Shown: positions 48,665-58,954 of the stretch, in pieces | Numbering within the stretch: the first letter of the stretch is position 1 | How the letters are laid out: each line of letters starts with the position of its first letter | Assembly: GCA_964343575.1 (NCBI GenBank) | Contig: CAYFJV010000002.1 | Span: 319,585-383,584 of the forward strand | Source of the DNA: an uncultured Methanosarcinales archaeon | Lineage (GTDB): Archaea; Nanobdellota; Nanobdellia; Woesearchaeales; GW2011-AR9 | Direction of reading: 5' to 3' | Length of the DNA stretch: 64,000 nt | The notes under the pieces: generated by a model | What the model saw: only the letters and a program-made list of their open reading frames with translations | Told to the model about the DNA's origin: nothing | Database searches by the model: none | Made by a program: the position numbers and the translations under genes

Positions 48665-48682
48665 ATTGGATTAGAAAAAAAG

Positions 48683-49828
48683 GTGAGGGATGTTTTTATG
48701 AAAATTACTATTAAGAAAGAGGTTTTTGAGCATTTTCATCCAGATTTGAAAGTAGCTTTTATTCTTATTGAAGGGATAGATAATGCGAGTAGGTTGGAAG
48801 AGTCTGTGCATTTGCTCAAAGAAGCCGAGCACCTTATTCGTTTGACTTTTAATAAAGAGAGCATTAAAACACACCATCTTGTTTCCCCTTGGGTTGCAGC
48901 GCAACAAGAGTTTGGTAGGAAAGCAAAACATTATCACACTTCAGTTGAGCGTTTGATGCGTGCGATTTTGCGTAAGAAAACCGTTGCCTCTCGTGATGTA
49001 GTAACTAACCTGGTGCGTTATACTTCTTTGAAACACTTAGTGCCAATGGCAGTGGATGATCCCGATAAGCTTGTTGGTCAGCTATCGTTTCATTTAGCTA
49101 ATGGAAAAGAAAGAATCTCTTTGTTGGAAGGAGTAAAAAAAGGTGCATTTGTTTATACTGATCAAGCTAAGAAGAAGAACTTGCTTGGAGCAAAGTTAGA
49201 TTATTGGAAATCTCCACGTACTAAACTGAGGTCAAGCAGCAAGCGGGCGCTTGTACACTTAGAAGCTTTGCCTCCTTTGAGCACAGGGAAATTTGCAGTT
49301 CTCTTGGCTGAGCTAGTTGATATCCTGAAGGAGTTTACTGGTGGGAAGGTAAAAGTTTTGATCCTTTCTCGTAGCAAGAACAGTGGTGAGTTTAGTTGGG
49401 TGAAGGTTGGCGCTGTGAAGAAAGTAGCTAAGCGTAAGAGGGTTAAAAGGAAAACTCTGAAGAGAAAGGCCCCTGCTAAGAAGGCGAAGCGAAAGCTTAC
49501 TAAGAAAAAAATAGTTAAGAAAAAGAGAGTAGCGAAGAGGAAAACTCCTAAGAAAAGAGTAAGCAGGCGTAAAGTGACTAAGCGTAAGCCAGCTAAAAGG
49601 AAGGTAAGCAGGAAGAGTCCAGCTAAGAGGAAAGTGAGTAAGAGGAGAGCTGTTAAACGTAAAACTACTAAGCGCAAGGCTCCTAAAAGGAAGACAAAGG
49701 CTAAGAAATCAAAGAAGCCTAAGAGAAGAAAGGTTGCTAAGCGTAAAAAGGTTGTGAAAAGAAAGCCGGCTCGAAAGAAGAAAGTTGTTCGTAGAAGAGC
49801 AAGGGCAGCTCCTAGGCCAAGACGCTAG
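48683..49828 (+). CDS. B3/4 (PheRS-beta editing-like) domain fused to a Lys/Arg-rich histone-H1-like tail
   Basis: PW...FG......TSVERLMR...VNL....SLKHLVP....D.D B3/4 pattern; the last ~140 aa are KR/AP-rich repeats. Confidence 0.8.
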   Translation: MRDVFMKITIKKEVFEHFHPDLKVAFILIEGIDNASRLEESVHLLKEAEHLIRLTFNKESIKTHHLVSPWVAAQQEFGRKAKHYHTSVERLMRAILRKKTVASRDVVTNLVRYTSLKHLVPMAVDDPDKLVGQLSFHLANGKERISLLEGVKKGAFVYTDQAKKKNLLGAKLDYWKSPRTKLRSSSKRALVHLEALPPLSTGKFAVLLAELVDILKEFTGGKVKVLILSRSKNSGEFSWVKVGAVKKVAKRKRVKRKTLKRKAPAKKAKRKLTKKKIVKKKRVAKRKTPKKRVSRRKVTKRKPAKRKVSRKSPAKRKVSKRRAVKRKTTKRKAPKRKTKAKKSKKPKRRKVAKRKKVVKRKPARKKKVVRRRARAAPRPRR

Positions 49829-49928
49829 TTTATTCTTTCTTTTATTTCTATTTATTTTTTCTCTAATCTCTCATTTTTGTTCTTAAGAAGAGAAGCTTTT
49901 AAAAAATCTCAAGCATCTCTCGTCTTCT

Positions 49929-51656
49929 ATGGATTTTAAACAGCAGTTAATTGATTTTTTAGTGGAGCAAAGTGGGATTTCTTCTGGTGAAGTTAGCAAT
50001 ATGCTTTCTGTGCCTCCAGATGCTAAACTTGGAGATTATGCCTTTCCATGTTTTAAATTAACTAAGGTACTTGAAAGTAAAAATCCTAAAGAAGCTGCAG
50101 AGAAACTAAAGGAAAAAGTTGATGCTTTGCTTCCAAAGTTTATTGAGAAGACGGCAGTTGCTGGCCCTTATTTGAATTTTTATTTGAAAACTGCTCTTTT
50201 TGCAGAGGAAGTTCTTAAGCAGATCTTTTCAGAGAGAAAAGAGTATGGCTGTAGTTCTGAAGGAGAAGGAAAGACTATCGTTGTTGATTTTTCTGCTCCT
50301 AACATTGCAAAACCATTCGGTATTGGCCATTTACGTTCAACTATTATTGGAAATGCTTTGATTAATGCTTACCGTCGTCTTGGCTATAAGGTGATTGGAA
50401 TTAATCATTTAGGTGACTGGGGAACACAGTTTGGGAAATTAATTGTTGCTTTTCAAAGATGGGGAGATAGAAGCAAGTTAGATGCAGACCCAATTTCCTA
50501 CTTACTTGAGTTATATGTTCGTTTTAATAAGGAAGCTAAAGAAGACGGAGGGGCCCTTGATGATGAAGCAAGAGCAGCTTTCAAAGATTTAGAAGATGGT
50601 AAAGAAGAAGCGGTTGCTCTTTGGAAAGAATTTAGCGATTTGAGTTTACGTGAATTCCAGCGAGTTTATGATTTGCTTGGTATTACTTTTGATTATGAGC
50701 AGGGCGAATCATTTTACAATGATAAGATGAAAGATGCCATTGCTCGTTTACAAAAGACGGCTCCAACTGAGATTTCCGAAGGGGCGCTTATCTTTAACCT
50801 TGAAGAGTACAAAATGACTCCAGTCCTCCTTCGAAAATCTAATGGAGCAACCACTTATCATACTCGTGATCTAGCAACAGCTTACTATCGTTTGGATACT
50901 TTTAACCCTGAAAAGGTAGTTTATGTGGTTGGTCACCCTCAGAAATTGCATTTCAAACAGTTGTTTAAGATGCTTGAGCTTTCTGGAGTAGATGTCTCTG
51001 GTTTTGTTCATGTTGATTTTGGATTAATCATGGCAGAGGATGGTTCTAAAATGTCCACACGAAAAGGAACACTTGTGCTTTTAGATGAAGTGCTCAATAA
51101 AGCAATCAGCTCTGTTAGGAAAGTAATTGAAGAGAAAAACCCTTCTCTTGCTGAGAAGGAAAAGGTTGCAAAAGAAGTTGGGCTTGGTGCAGTGGTCTTT
51201 AATGATCTAGGTGTTGATAGGGTTCGAGATATTAATTTTGATTGGAAGAAGATGCTCTCTTTTGAAGGGGAAAGTGGTCCTTACTTACAATACACACACG
51301 CCCGGGCTTGTAGTATTTTGCGAAAAGCAGGTTCTGTTGTAGGTGATGAAAAAAATAATGGAATAAAAGAAGTTGACTTTTCCTTCTTGGTTGGAGAGAA
51401 GGAAAAGGCTTTGCTGAGAGTTCTTTCTGATTACTCCTTTGCTTTACAAGAGATGGCGCGCAGCTATAAACCTCACCATGTAGCACAATATCTTATTCGT
51501 TTGGCTCAAGCTTTCAATGATTTTTACCAAGCTTGCAAGGTGATCTCTGACAATGAGAAGGAGATGCAAGCGCGGCTTGCTCTTGTAGATGCAACCCGTC
51601 AAGTATTAAGTAATGGCCTTACTGTGCTTGGTATTGCTTCTCCACAAGAGATGTAG
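49929..51656 (+). CDS. argS: Arginyl-tRNA synthetase
   Basis: DFSAPNIAKPFGIGHLRST, GDWGTQFG, KMSTRKG, GPYLQYTHAR. Confidence 0.97.
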   Translation: MDFKQQLIDFLVEQSGISSGEVSNMLSVPPDAKLGDYAFPCFKLTKVLESKNPKEAAEKLKEKVDALLPKFIEKTAVAGPYLNFYLKTALFAEEVLKQIFSERKEYGCSSEGEGKTIVVDFSAPNIAKPFGIGHLRSTIIGNALINAYRRLGYKVIGINHLGDWGTQFGKLIVAFQRWGDRSKLDADPISYLLELYVRFNKEAKEDGGALDDEARAAFKDLEDGKEEAVALWKEFSDLSLREFQRVYDLLGITFDYEQGESFYNDKMKDAIARLQKTAPTEISEGALIFNLEEYKMTPVLLRKSNGATTYHTRDLATAYYRLDTFNPEKVVYVVGHPQKLHFKQLFKMLELSGVDVSGFVHVDFGLIMAEDGSKMSTRKGTLVLLDEVLNKAISSVRKVIEEKNPSLAEKEKVAKEVGLGAVVFNDLGVDRVRDINFDWKKMLSFEGESGPYLQYTHARACSILRKAGSVVGDEKNNGIKEVDFSFLVGEKEKALLRVLSDYSFALQEMARSYKPHHVAQYLIRLAQAFNDFYQACKVISDNEKEMQARLALVDATRQVLSNGLTVLGIASPQEM

Positions 51657-51683
51657 GGCTTATTTCATTGAATTGGTGTTTGT

Positions 51684-52175
51684 ATGGCAAGCTATTCTCC
51701 TTTATGTCAATTAAATGGTGGTTGCATGGGCTGCTGTGGACATAATTTTCCTTCTGCAAAATCTGTTAAGCGTGCAATCAAACTCAACAGTTCTGAGTTT
51801 GAGAAGATGGCGCCTAAATCTCGTGAAGAATTTCTTGGCTTTAGGAATCGACGCTTTGCAAATGATCTTCGTGGTGGTGTTTGTCGTAACTTAATTGAAG
51901 GAGAGCTTAGCCTTGAAAATTCTGGCGGGGCAAAGAAGAAATGTATTCATTGTCCTTTACATCCTAGTTTGCATAAAGGGGATGATCTTCGTATTGGACA
52001 TTGTGATGTGGATTATCTTTGCAAGACCGCTCAGGTTTTTGCTGCTTGGGATAAGGGTTTGCAGAAAGAATTTATTGATTTTGTAACATCTCAAGGCTTG
52101 GATAATATTTCTTATTCACTTGCCATGGATGCTGGATCGCTTTTGCACCGGTTTTTGGAAAAGAAGTCTCTTTAG
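51684..52175 (+). CDS. Cys-cluster protein (YkgJ-like)
   Basis: CMGCCG...CRNL...CPLHP...C...C. Confidence 0.65.
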   Translation: MASYSPLCQLNGGCMGCCGHNFPSAKSVKRAIKLNSSEFEKMAPKSREEFLGFRNRRFANDLRGGVCRNLIEGELSLENSGGAKKKCIHCPLHPSLHKGDDLRIGHCDVDYLCKTAQVFAAWDKGLQKEFIDFVTSQGLDNISYSLAMDAGSLLHRFLEKKSL

Positions 52176-52538
52176 GAGATATCCGCTGAAGGTGAGTTCA
52201 AAGATTCCTTGGACGAGTGAAGTGATGAAAAGGATAAGTACTGTGGCGCTTGTAAGCTGCCCTTTGAGGATAAGAATACTCCCAATGATTCCAGAGATGA
52301 GAAAGGCAAGAATGTAATATATTGGAAGAACAAAAGTGATCTTACTGAAGTGGTGGTGCAAAAAGATAAAGATGATCAAGATGTTGTAAAAGAAAAAGAG
52401 TAGGGCAAGAAGAGAAACAATTATTGAATAGAAAGCAGGTGAGAGTTGTAAGTAAGAGAGGATGGCATCAACAATCCCTAAAATGGCCATTGCCACACTT
52501 ATACAAAGATAACTTGTGAGCAGAGCTCGCTTTTCCAT
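52116..52538 (-). CDS. Four-TM membrane protein
   Basis: Hydrophobic ORF starting MEKRALL. Confidence 0.65.
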   Translation of the reverse strand: MEKRALLTSYLCISVAMAILGIVDAILSYLQLSPAFYSIIVSLLALLFFFYNILIIFIFLHHHFSKITFVLPIYYILAFLISGIIGSILILKGQLTSATVLILFITSLVQGIFELTFSGYLLKRLLFQKPVQKRSSIHGK

Positions 52539-52640
52539 GAAAAAACTATTTTTCTTTAGTTTATATGCTTTGCTTCCTTTTGAAGCTTGAGACGGCGTTA
52601 GACCCAAAAAGTAATAAAGAGAAATTTCTTCTTTTTGCTT

Positions 52641-53297
52641 ATGAAGCTCATCTATGATTCGGAGCGGTTTTTGCCGATAGTAAGCCATCTGGAAAAAAAA
52701 GAGGTCAATGAAGAGGGAAGTAAGCTTTCTTTTGAACCTTTTCCACACACCCGTATCGTGCTTGATAAAAAACATGAGGAGATTATCTTTTTGAGCTCTC
52801 ATGTTCCTTGGATTTACAACAGGATCAAAAGCTATAGTATCGATCGTAAAAAACCAGGGCTTCTCTTTATTTCTAATAGGCCCATGTTGCATCAACAAGA
52901 AGTAATCAATAGGTTATTCTTGGATCACACTTTTCCACTAGAGCGAGTCATCTTTTTGGGGCAACATAGTTGGACAAAGGCAGAGCACGATTTTATGAAG
53001 AATAATAAGTTACAATTGTTTTCTATGAAAGAGATTACTCATGAGGGTCTTTTTGAAGTTTCTGAATCCGTTATGAGTATTGCAAAAGAGTTTACTGACC
53101 TCTATTTGTTTATAGATAGCCATGTTCTTGAATATCCTACCATTCGGGGAGGAAAGGCGGGCGGTATGACTGCCCGGGAGTTGATTTTCTTTTTGCAGCG
53201 TTTTAAGAAGTTGCATAACCTTCGTATGACTGAGTTACTGATCTCTCCACTTGATACTAAGGTTGCTATGAAGCTCCTGTCCGAGATACATCCTTGA
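52641..53297 (+). CDS. Degenerate arginase/ureohydrolase-fold protein
   Basis: VIFLG...E, LYLFIDSHVL, GGMTARELI. The metal ligands are largely lost. Confidence 0.65.
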   Translation: MKLIYDSERFLPIVSHLEKKEVNEEGSKLSFEPFPHTRIVLDKKHEEIIFLSSHVPWIYNRIKSYSIDRKKPGLLFISNRPMLHQQEVINRLFLDHTFPLERVIFLGQHSWTKAEHDFMKNNKLQLFSMKEITHEGLFEVSESVMSIAKEFTDLYLFIDSHVLEYPTIRGGKAGGMTARELIFFLQRFKKLHNLRMTELLISPLDTKVAMKLLSEIHP

Positions 53298-53364
53298 TCT
53301 ACACTTCTTTGGTCTGGTCACCAGAAGCTTTTTATAAGAAGAGAAGGGATGGTCACTTGCTTGT

Positions 53365-53439
53365 GGGTCCATAGCATAGTCTGGATAATGCGTCCGGCTT
53401 CGGACCGGAAGACCGGGGGTTCGAATCCTCCTGGGCCCA
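53365..53439 (+). tRNA. tRNA-Arg(TCG)
   Basis: GGGTCCA/TGGGCCC acceptor; anticodon arm TCCGG-CTTCGGA-CCGGA; GGTTCGAATCC. Confidence 0.95.
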
Positions 53440-53531
53440 CTTTTTTTCTTTGGATTTTTCTTTTTATGTTTGCTTTTGAGAAAGATTAATATATTTTTAG
53501 GCCCTTTTTCTTGTTGTAGGGGTGTTTTAAT

Positions 53532-54434
53532 TTGGAAAGAAAACTGTTTTTTGGACTTTTAATCTTTATACTTGCATTGTTTTTGCAAGGTTGTGGTGAT
53601 TCTGCACTTGCTGGTCAAGCGGTAACGGGCTCAGGGGATGTTTGTACATTGGGAGAGGTTGGCTACACCCGGCTTGCGTCAATTTGTACAAGTGAAACTG
53701 AGCTTGAAGTACATCGTTGTGTTGGTGGTGTTGGGACTCCAATCACAACTGCTGATTGCGCAGTTAATGACAAGGTTTGTGAGAATGGAAAATGTGTTGA
53801 AGCTCGTTGTACTGATACTGATGGTGGAGTGGACCCCTACACTGCAGGAACAATAAACTCCGTTGAAGGAGAGTATTCTGACTTTTGTCGTGATCATGAT
53901 GCGAGTTTTGTAAATGAGTACTCTTGTCAAAGCAATGGTTCGCTTGTATTTGATCAAATAGATTGTGGACTTGGTGAAATTTGTATGGATGGTGCCTGCG
54001 TAGACCTTCCTGAGAATGAGACTGGATTAAATGATTCCCAGGGGGGCGAGATGGGGCTATGTGGGTGTAGTACCCCAAGCCATGTTAATGTTGTATGTGA
54101 GAATGATGATTGGGTTGCCGGCCTTGATTTTGACTATTTCGATACACTTGGTGGGGGCTTAAGAAGTTCTGAAAATGCTGACGGAGCGTATTGTTCCTAT
54201 TCCAATGATCTGATCTCTGAGCAACTTACTATGGACTGCTCGGGATCAGATTGTGATGATTTCTGTAGTTCTCACCTTAGCGCAGATCTAGTCATGGAGA
54301 TTGAGGAAAATCTTAATAGCTGTGTCGATTACTTCACAGGCCAGTGTAATGGCCAGGTGACAATTGAGGGCTCTTATGGAGAGGGGGGCCCATCTATAGA
54401 AGATTGGTGGACCTCTTATGGTTTTTGCTCCTAA
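53532..54434 (+). CDS. Cys-rich lipoprotein/surface protein
   Basis: Lipobox LQGC, LAGQAV motif, CTDTDGG repeat and C..G.C modules. Confidence 0.8.
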   Translation: MERKLFFGLLIFILALFLQGCGDSALAGQAVTGSGDVCTLGEVGYTRLASICTSETELEVHRCVGGVGTPITTADCAVNDKVCENGKCVEARCTDTDGGVDPYTAGTINSVEGEYSDFCRDHDASFVNEYSCQSNGSLVFDQIDCGLGEICMDGACVDLPENETGLNDSQGGEMGLCGCSTPSHVNVVCENDDWVAGLDFDYFDTLGGGLRSSENADGAYCSYSNDLISEQLTMDCSGSDCDDFCSSHLSADLVMEIEENLNSCVDYFTGQCNGQVTIEGSYGEGGPSIEDWWTSYGFCS

Positions 54435-54517
54435 TTCCTTTTTCTTTTATTTTTATATTTCTTTTATGCTCTTTTGTTCTCACAAGCTTTATAAAGCACT
54501 GATTCTCTAGTTTTCTT

Positions 54518-55867
54518 ATGGTTCTTGAAAAGCTTGGCTCAAGTCTGCGAGGTACTTTGGACAAAATTACTAAGGCAATCTTTGTAGATGATAAACTCAT
54601 CAATGAACTGGTAAAAGATATCCAGCGAGCTCTTCTTCAATCAGATACTAATGTTAAGTTAGTTTTTGATTTGAGTAAAAAAATTAAGGAGAGAGCTAAA
54701 CAAGATCCAGTTGGTGGACTTACTAAGCGTGAGCAGCTTATCAATATTGTTTATGAAGAACTGACTGCCTTTCTGGGCAAAGAAAGTAGTGAAATCAAAG
54801 TTGAAAAAAAGCCAACGAAGATTATGCTTGTTGGTTTGTTTGGAAGTGGGAAAACCACTACTACTGGAAAGCTTGCAAAGTATTTCAAAAAACGTGGTTT
54901 AAAAGTTGCAGTAATGCAAACTGATACTTGGAGACCAGCAGCTTATGAACAGTTGAAGCAAATCTCTGAGAGCATTGGTGTTGAATTCTTAGGAGTCAAG
55001 GGAGAAAAAGACCCAGTATCCATCTATTTACATTTTGAAGAACAGCTTAACAGCTTTGATGTTGTTCTAGTAGATACCGCTGGACGTGATGCTCTCTCTG
55101 ACGAGTTAGTTTCTGAACTTAATGCTATGAACAATGCTGTTGCAGCGGATGAGCGTTTACTTGTTATTTCAGCAGATATTGGACAGGCTGCGCAAAAGCA
55201 AGCACAAATGTTTCATGAATCTTGTCATGTCACTGGTGTTATTGTTACAAAGTTGGAAGGTACCGCAAAAGGTGGTGGAGCTCTTTCAGCTTGTTCGGTT
55301 ACTGGAGCTCCGATTAAGTTTATTGGGGTTGGGGAGAAAGTTGATGATTTAGAGATCTTTCATCCAGAACGTTTTGTTGGACGGTTGCTTGGAATGGGAG
55401 ACATTGCAACACTTCTTGAGAAGGCGAAGGAAGCAATTTCTGAGGATCAAGCGCAAGACATGTCTGAGCGTATGCTAAAAGGTGATTTTAATTTGAATGA
55501 TTTGTATGAGCAGATGGCTTCTATGAAAAAGATGGGCTCTTTTGGAAAGATTATGGAAATGATCCCTGGGATGGGGAAATTAAAGTTACCAAAAGAAGCA
55601 CTTCAAGTTCAGGAGAAAAAGCTTGAAAAGTGGAAGTTTGCTATGGATTCAATGACTGCTGAAGAGAAGAAAAATCCAGATGTCTTTAATAGTTCTCGTA
55701 TCGATCGGGTGGCTGCTGGTAGTGGTTTGTCTGTGCGTGATATTCGAGAGCTCTTGAAGCAGTATCGTCAGAGTAAGAAAATGATGAAGATGTTCAAAGG
55801 CGGTGGCTCTGAGCAGGATGTTGCTAAGATGATGCAAAAAATGGGTCAAAAAGGAGTTAAATTTTAG
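54518..55867 (+). CDS. srp54: Signal recognition particle protein SRP54
   Basis: [27 protein letters not shown]; Met-rich M domain. Confidence 0.97.
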   Translation: MVLEKLGSSLRGTLDKITKAIFVDDKLINELVKDIQRALLQSDTNVKLVFDLSKKIKERAKQDPVGGLTKREQLINIVYEELTAFLGKESSEIKVEKKPTKIMLVGLFGSGKTTTTGKLAKYFKKRGLKVAVMQTDTWRPAAYEQLKQISESIGVEFLGVKGEKDPVSIYLHFEEQLNSFDVVLVDTAGRDALSDELVSELNAMNNAVAADERLLVISADIGQAAQKQAQMFHESCHVTGVIVTKLEGTAKGGGALSACSVTGAPIKFIGVGEKVDDLEIFHPERFVGRLLGMGDIATLLEKAKEAISEDQAQDMSERMLKGDFNLNDLYEQMASMKKMGSFGKIMEMIPGMGKLKLPKEALQVQEKKLEKWKFAMDSMTAEEKKNPDVFNSSRIDRVAAGSGLSVRDIRELLKQYRQSKKMMKMFKGGGSEQDVAKMMQKMGQKGVKF

Positions 55868-56364
55868 AAAACTAGGCCCGTCAAAACTCTTGCTCTTTTA
55901 TTGCTTATTTTTCCAAATTCTTCAACTAGCTTTCCCAAACACCCGGGGCTACTCTTTAGAGGATGGTAATGTCCTCCAGCGAAATCTACTCTTTCCCCAT
56001 CAAAAGAGTTTAGGAACTTGATCATTTCATCAAAACTGATTCCTACAGGAGCGATATCTCTTTCTCTTGTAAGAATGAAGTAGGGGCTTAGGCTTGGGTA
56101 TCTTCTGTGAAGAAGGGAGAAGGTTTCTACTACGTGTTTTTGTTCCTCTACAACAATAACTGGATTTCTTGTTTCTTCTAAATGAGAATGTAGTGCTGCT
56201 AAATAGGAGAAGTGGGTGAAGGGAATAACTCCTCTATGAAAGAGATAGAATGGATGAACTAGGACAGTTGCTTCTCCTGTTTGTGTTGGTTGATCCGAGA
56301 ATAGATAAACGCCTTGTTGCACTTCTCTTGGTTCTAAAATCAGTGAGGAGAGAGGAACACGCAT
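55864..56364 (-). CDS. Hypothetical protein (possible cysteine-hydrolase-like fold)
   Basis: VLVHP...FAGG...GCL pattern. Confidence 0.5.
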   Translation of the reverse strand: MRVPLSSLILEPREVQQGVYLFSDQPTQTGEATVLVHPFYLFHRGVIPFTHFSYLAALHSHLEETRNPVIVVEEQKHVVETFSLLHRRYPSLSPYFILTRERDIAPVGISFDEMIKFLNSFDGERVDFAGGHYHPLKSSPGCLGKLVEEFGKISNKRARVLTGLVF

Positions 56365-56400
56365 GAGCTCTTTTTTGTCTTGCCTATTTTTAAAAATTCC

Positions 56401-56574
56401 TTAGCTTTTGTGTTTATGGGGACGAATTACTTCTTCGGCTGGAACTTCCTCTCTAAACCCACAAGCTTTACAATATTTTACTAGAAACATTCCATCTGGA
56501 AATTTGTGCTGGCCCGTGTGTAATGCTTTTTTACACTCTGGGCAGAAATGAAGCCTGTCGAATTCTGTGTTCAT
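56401..56574 (-). CDS. 57-aa zinc-ribbon protein
   Basis: Manual translation MNTEFDRLHFCPECKK...KYCKACGFREE... Confidence 0.75.
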   Translation of the reverse strand: MNTEFDRLHFCPECKKALHTGQHKFPDGMFLVKYCKACGFREEVPAEEVIRPHKHKS

Positions 56575-56625
56575 GGCTTATTAGAATTATGAGCTTGGTG
56601 ATAAAGTTTTTGCTTGCGCTTTTTC

Positions 56626-57222
56626 TCACAATTCAATTATCTTTCCGGTCTTTCCTACATTCATTACTTTGGTCTTCCCGATAACTTCTTCAATACCATG
56701 GGTTTCATGAATGTGGCCACAGATGTGCACATCTGGTTGGAACTGCTCAATAGCTTTTCTCACACCAGAGCTTCCTGGAAACATTCCAAGGCCAATTATA
56801 CTCTCGCTTGGTTGGACATGTGTTACCATCACTTTCTTCTTGATTCCTTCTAAAGTATCATGACATTTTTTGAGAGTCTCAAAGAAGTCCTTTTCCTCAA
56901 GTTGATGTACTCCAACATCCGCATAACCGCAACCAAAAACAGCAACGTCACCAAATTTGAGTACGTAACCATGCAGACTTTTGATATCGTAGCGTTCAAC
57001 TAGAAAGTTTGTTTCAGCAAGTCCTTCATGGTTTCCTGGAATAACTGCTACTTCTAAACCCTCTTCTTTGAAGGGTCCGACTAAGCCATCAAGGTTTCCT
57101 TCATGGTCGGCAAGATCTCCGGCTAGCACTACAAGATCTACCTCTTGTTCTTTGCCCTTTTTAGCCATCTTTTGGATGAATCGCTTGTCTCCGTGGATGT
57201 CGCTGAGTGCTAGGATTTTCAT
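56626..57222 (-). CDS. Metallophosphoesterase (calcineurin-like)
   Basis: SDIHG, AGDL, PGNHE, CGHIHE. Confidence 0.93.
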   Translation of the reverse strand: MKILALSDIHGDKRFIQKMAKKGKEQEVDLVVLAGDLADHEGNLDGLVGPFKEEGLEVAVIPGNHEGLAETNFLVERYDIKSLHGYVLKFGDVAVFGCGYADVGVHQLEEKDFFETLKKCHDTLEGIKKKVMVTHVQPSESIIGLGMFPGSSGVRKAIEQFQPDVHICGHIHETHGIEEVIGKTKVMNVGKTGKIIEL

Positions 57223-57313
57223 GAATATCTAGAAGTGGGGCGTATTTAAAAGAATTATGTGCCGTAACCGGGTGGTGGCGAATTTTGAGAATTTCTGAGT
57301 GTGGATGGGATGC

Positions 57314-57871
57314 TTATCTGCTCTTGAGCTTAAGGTCAAGGACAAGGTCTTCAAGCTTTCGAAGGTCATACTTAATGCCATCAACTTTCTTTCGAATTTC
57401 CCCGTTTCTGATATCAAATTTGAGAAGTTCTCCATAGATGTTGTCAACCAGATCTTTGATTTTTTCTACTTCGCTGTGTTTTCCTTTCCCGGCAAGATAG
57501 ACTGCTTTTCTTACTAACTCTCCCGGAAGATCAGCAAGACCCAAAAGGTAATGGTTTGCGCTGACTTTAAGTTCTTTGAGTTCCCCTTCTTTGATGTAGA
57601 AATAATAAAGTAAGGCTTCAACATACTCTTGGATGGCAATTTTGTAAGAGCCCTCATAGAAGAGTTTTTGATCGTGCTTTGCAATAGCGTTTAGTGCTTG
57701 GCGTTCTGTTTCAATCTCTTTAAGAAGTTCTGCTGCTTTTTCTAGCTCATCTCTGTGGACTGCGTAGATAAGAAGCTTGCTGAGCTTGAGCACATCTCTA
57801 CTTTTTTTGATAAGCTCTTCACGCTTAGCATCGTAGTCCTTAATTTCATCTCGAAGTTTTGCAAAGTTCAT
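57314..57871 (-). CDS. Translin/TRAX-family RNase
   Basis: REELIKKSRD, QEYVEA, YLLGLADLPGELVR, RKKVD. Confidence 0.88.
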   Translation of the reverse strand: MNFAKLRDEIKDYDAKREELIKKSRDVLKLSKLLIYAVHRDELEKAAELLKEIETERQALNAIAKHDQKLFYEGSYKIAIQEYVEALLYYFYIKEGELKELKVSANHYLLGLADLPGELVRKAVYLAGKGKHSEVEKIKDLVDNIYGELLKFDIRNGEIRKKVDGIKYDLRKLEDLVLDLKLKSR

Positions 57872-58238
57872 TATTTTTTCTTCCTGTCTTAAATCCTTGG
57901 AGATCTTCATTATAGATTGCGCAATGTCCAGCGTGATCAAAGACTTCTACTTGTGAAAAGTCTCCTGGATGAAGTGCTTCGAATCTGTCTCCTTCTATGT
58001 GTATGCCCATCGTAAGGTACTCACAAGGTTTTTCTTGCTCACATACTTCTTCTGCCCAGCCCCTAAAGGTTACTTCTCCAATTCCAGAGTTGTATTCTCC
58101 TGTTTCATCAGTTGCGAGAATGTAAGGGTTGTCTCCAGTTAGCCCGATTTCATAAATCTCTGGGGGAGTGGTATCTCTTTCACAGCTAGCTCCGAAAAGG
58201 AGTAAAGTAAGGCCCATTCTTCTTGCAGCTTTTCTCAT
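57846..58238 (-). CDS. Putative lipoprotein
   Basis: Lipobox GASC followed by DTTPP. Confidence 0.6.
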   Translation of the reverse strand: MRKAARRMGLTLLLFGASCERDTTPPEIYEIGLTGDNPYILATDETGEYNSGIGEVTFRGWAEEVCEQEKPCEYLTMGIHIEGDRFEALHPGDFSQVEVFDHAGHCAIYNEDLQGFKTGRKNNELCKTSR

Positions 58239-58453
58239 ACTTTTCTTCTTGGGTTTAGTATTTTTATAAGCATTGCTAAAATTGAGGAAAATGCTTTGTT
58301 TTCCTTACATCCTGCACCACAAGATTTATATATGGTCCTTTAAAAATGGTCTCTAACAATTAGTTTGTTCGCTTGAAAGTTAAGTGAACCTTAAAAATAC
58401 CTCACAGCTTGCTGTAGTTGGGATTTTTGTTGTTTTATTTGGAGGATATTAAA

Positions 58454-58684
58454 ATGGAATCACACTCACGACCTTTAGATGCATTAAATGCAAACCGAGG
58501 AAAGATGGTTATTGTTCAACTTAAAAATGGTTTTTCTTACGTTGGAAAACTTAAGGCTTTTGACATCCACATCAATGTTGTTTTGGAAGAAGCAAAAGAA
58601 AGCAAAGATGGACAAATTACTAAGAACTTAGGAACCGTGTTCATTCGTGGTGATACTATTACCATTATTTCTCCAGCAGCTTAG
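58454..58684 (+). CDS. Sm-like archaeal protein (Lsm/SmAP1)
   Basis: RPLDAL, GKLKAFDIHINVVL, IRGD; upstream of rpl37e. Confidence 0.95.
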   Translation: MESHSRPLDALNANRGKMVIVQLKNGFSYVGKLKAFDIHINVVLEEAKESKDGQITKNLGTVFIRGDTITIISPAA

Positions 58685-58731
58685 GCTGTTTGGGGCTAAC
58701 ATTTATAAAAAACCTAATGGGCTGATTTATT

Positions 58732-58896
58732 ATGGGAAAAGGAACTGCAGCAATGGGAAAAAAGAGTGGGAAGACTTCTCACATTCAGTGTAGAAGGTGC
58801 TCTGCTCATGCGTATCACATTCGTAAAAAACGTTGCGCTTCTTGTGGTTACGGAGAAACCGCTACTGTTCGTAAGTACGCTTGGAATAAAAAGTAG
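58732..58896 (+). CDS. rpl37e: 50S ribosomal protein L37e
   Basis: MGKGTAAMGKKSGKTSHIQCRRCSAHAYHIRKKRCASCGYG (not in the ORF track). Confidence 0.95.
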   Translation: MGKGTAAMGKKSGKTSHIQCRRCSAHAYHIRKKRCASCGYGETATVRKYAWNKK

Positions 58897-58954
58897 ATTT
58901 GCTTCTTTCTTACTTTATTTTTAGTTAGTTCTTGGTTTAATTTTGCTTTTTAGT

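Noticed and set aside
49201..49677. Hydrophobic 158-aa antisense ORF
   Set aside because: It is the mirror of the Lys/Arg codon run on the plus strand. The many other antisense ORFs in the track were rejected in the same way.
52539..52898. Upstream extension of the minus-strand membrane ORF
   Set aside because: It overlaps the divergent arginase-fold gene; the hydrophobic protein starts at 52538.
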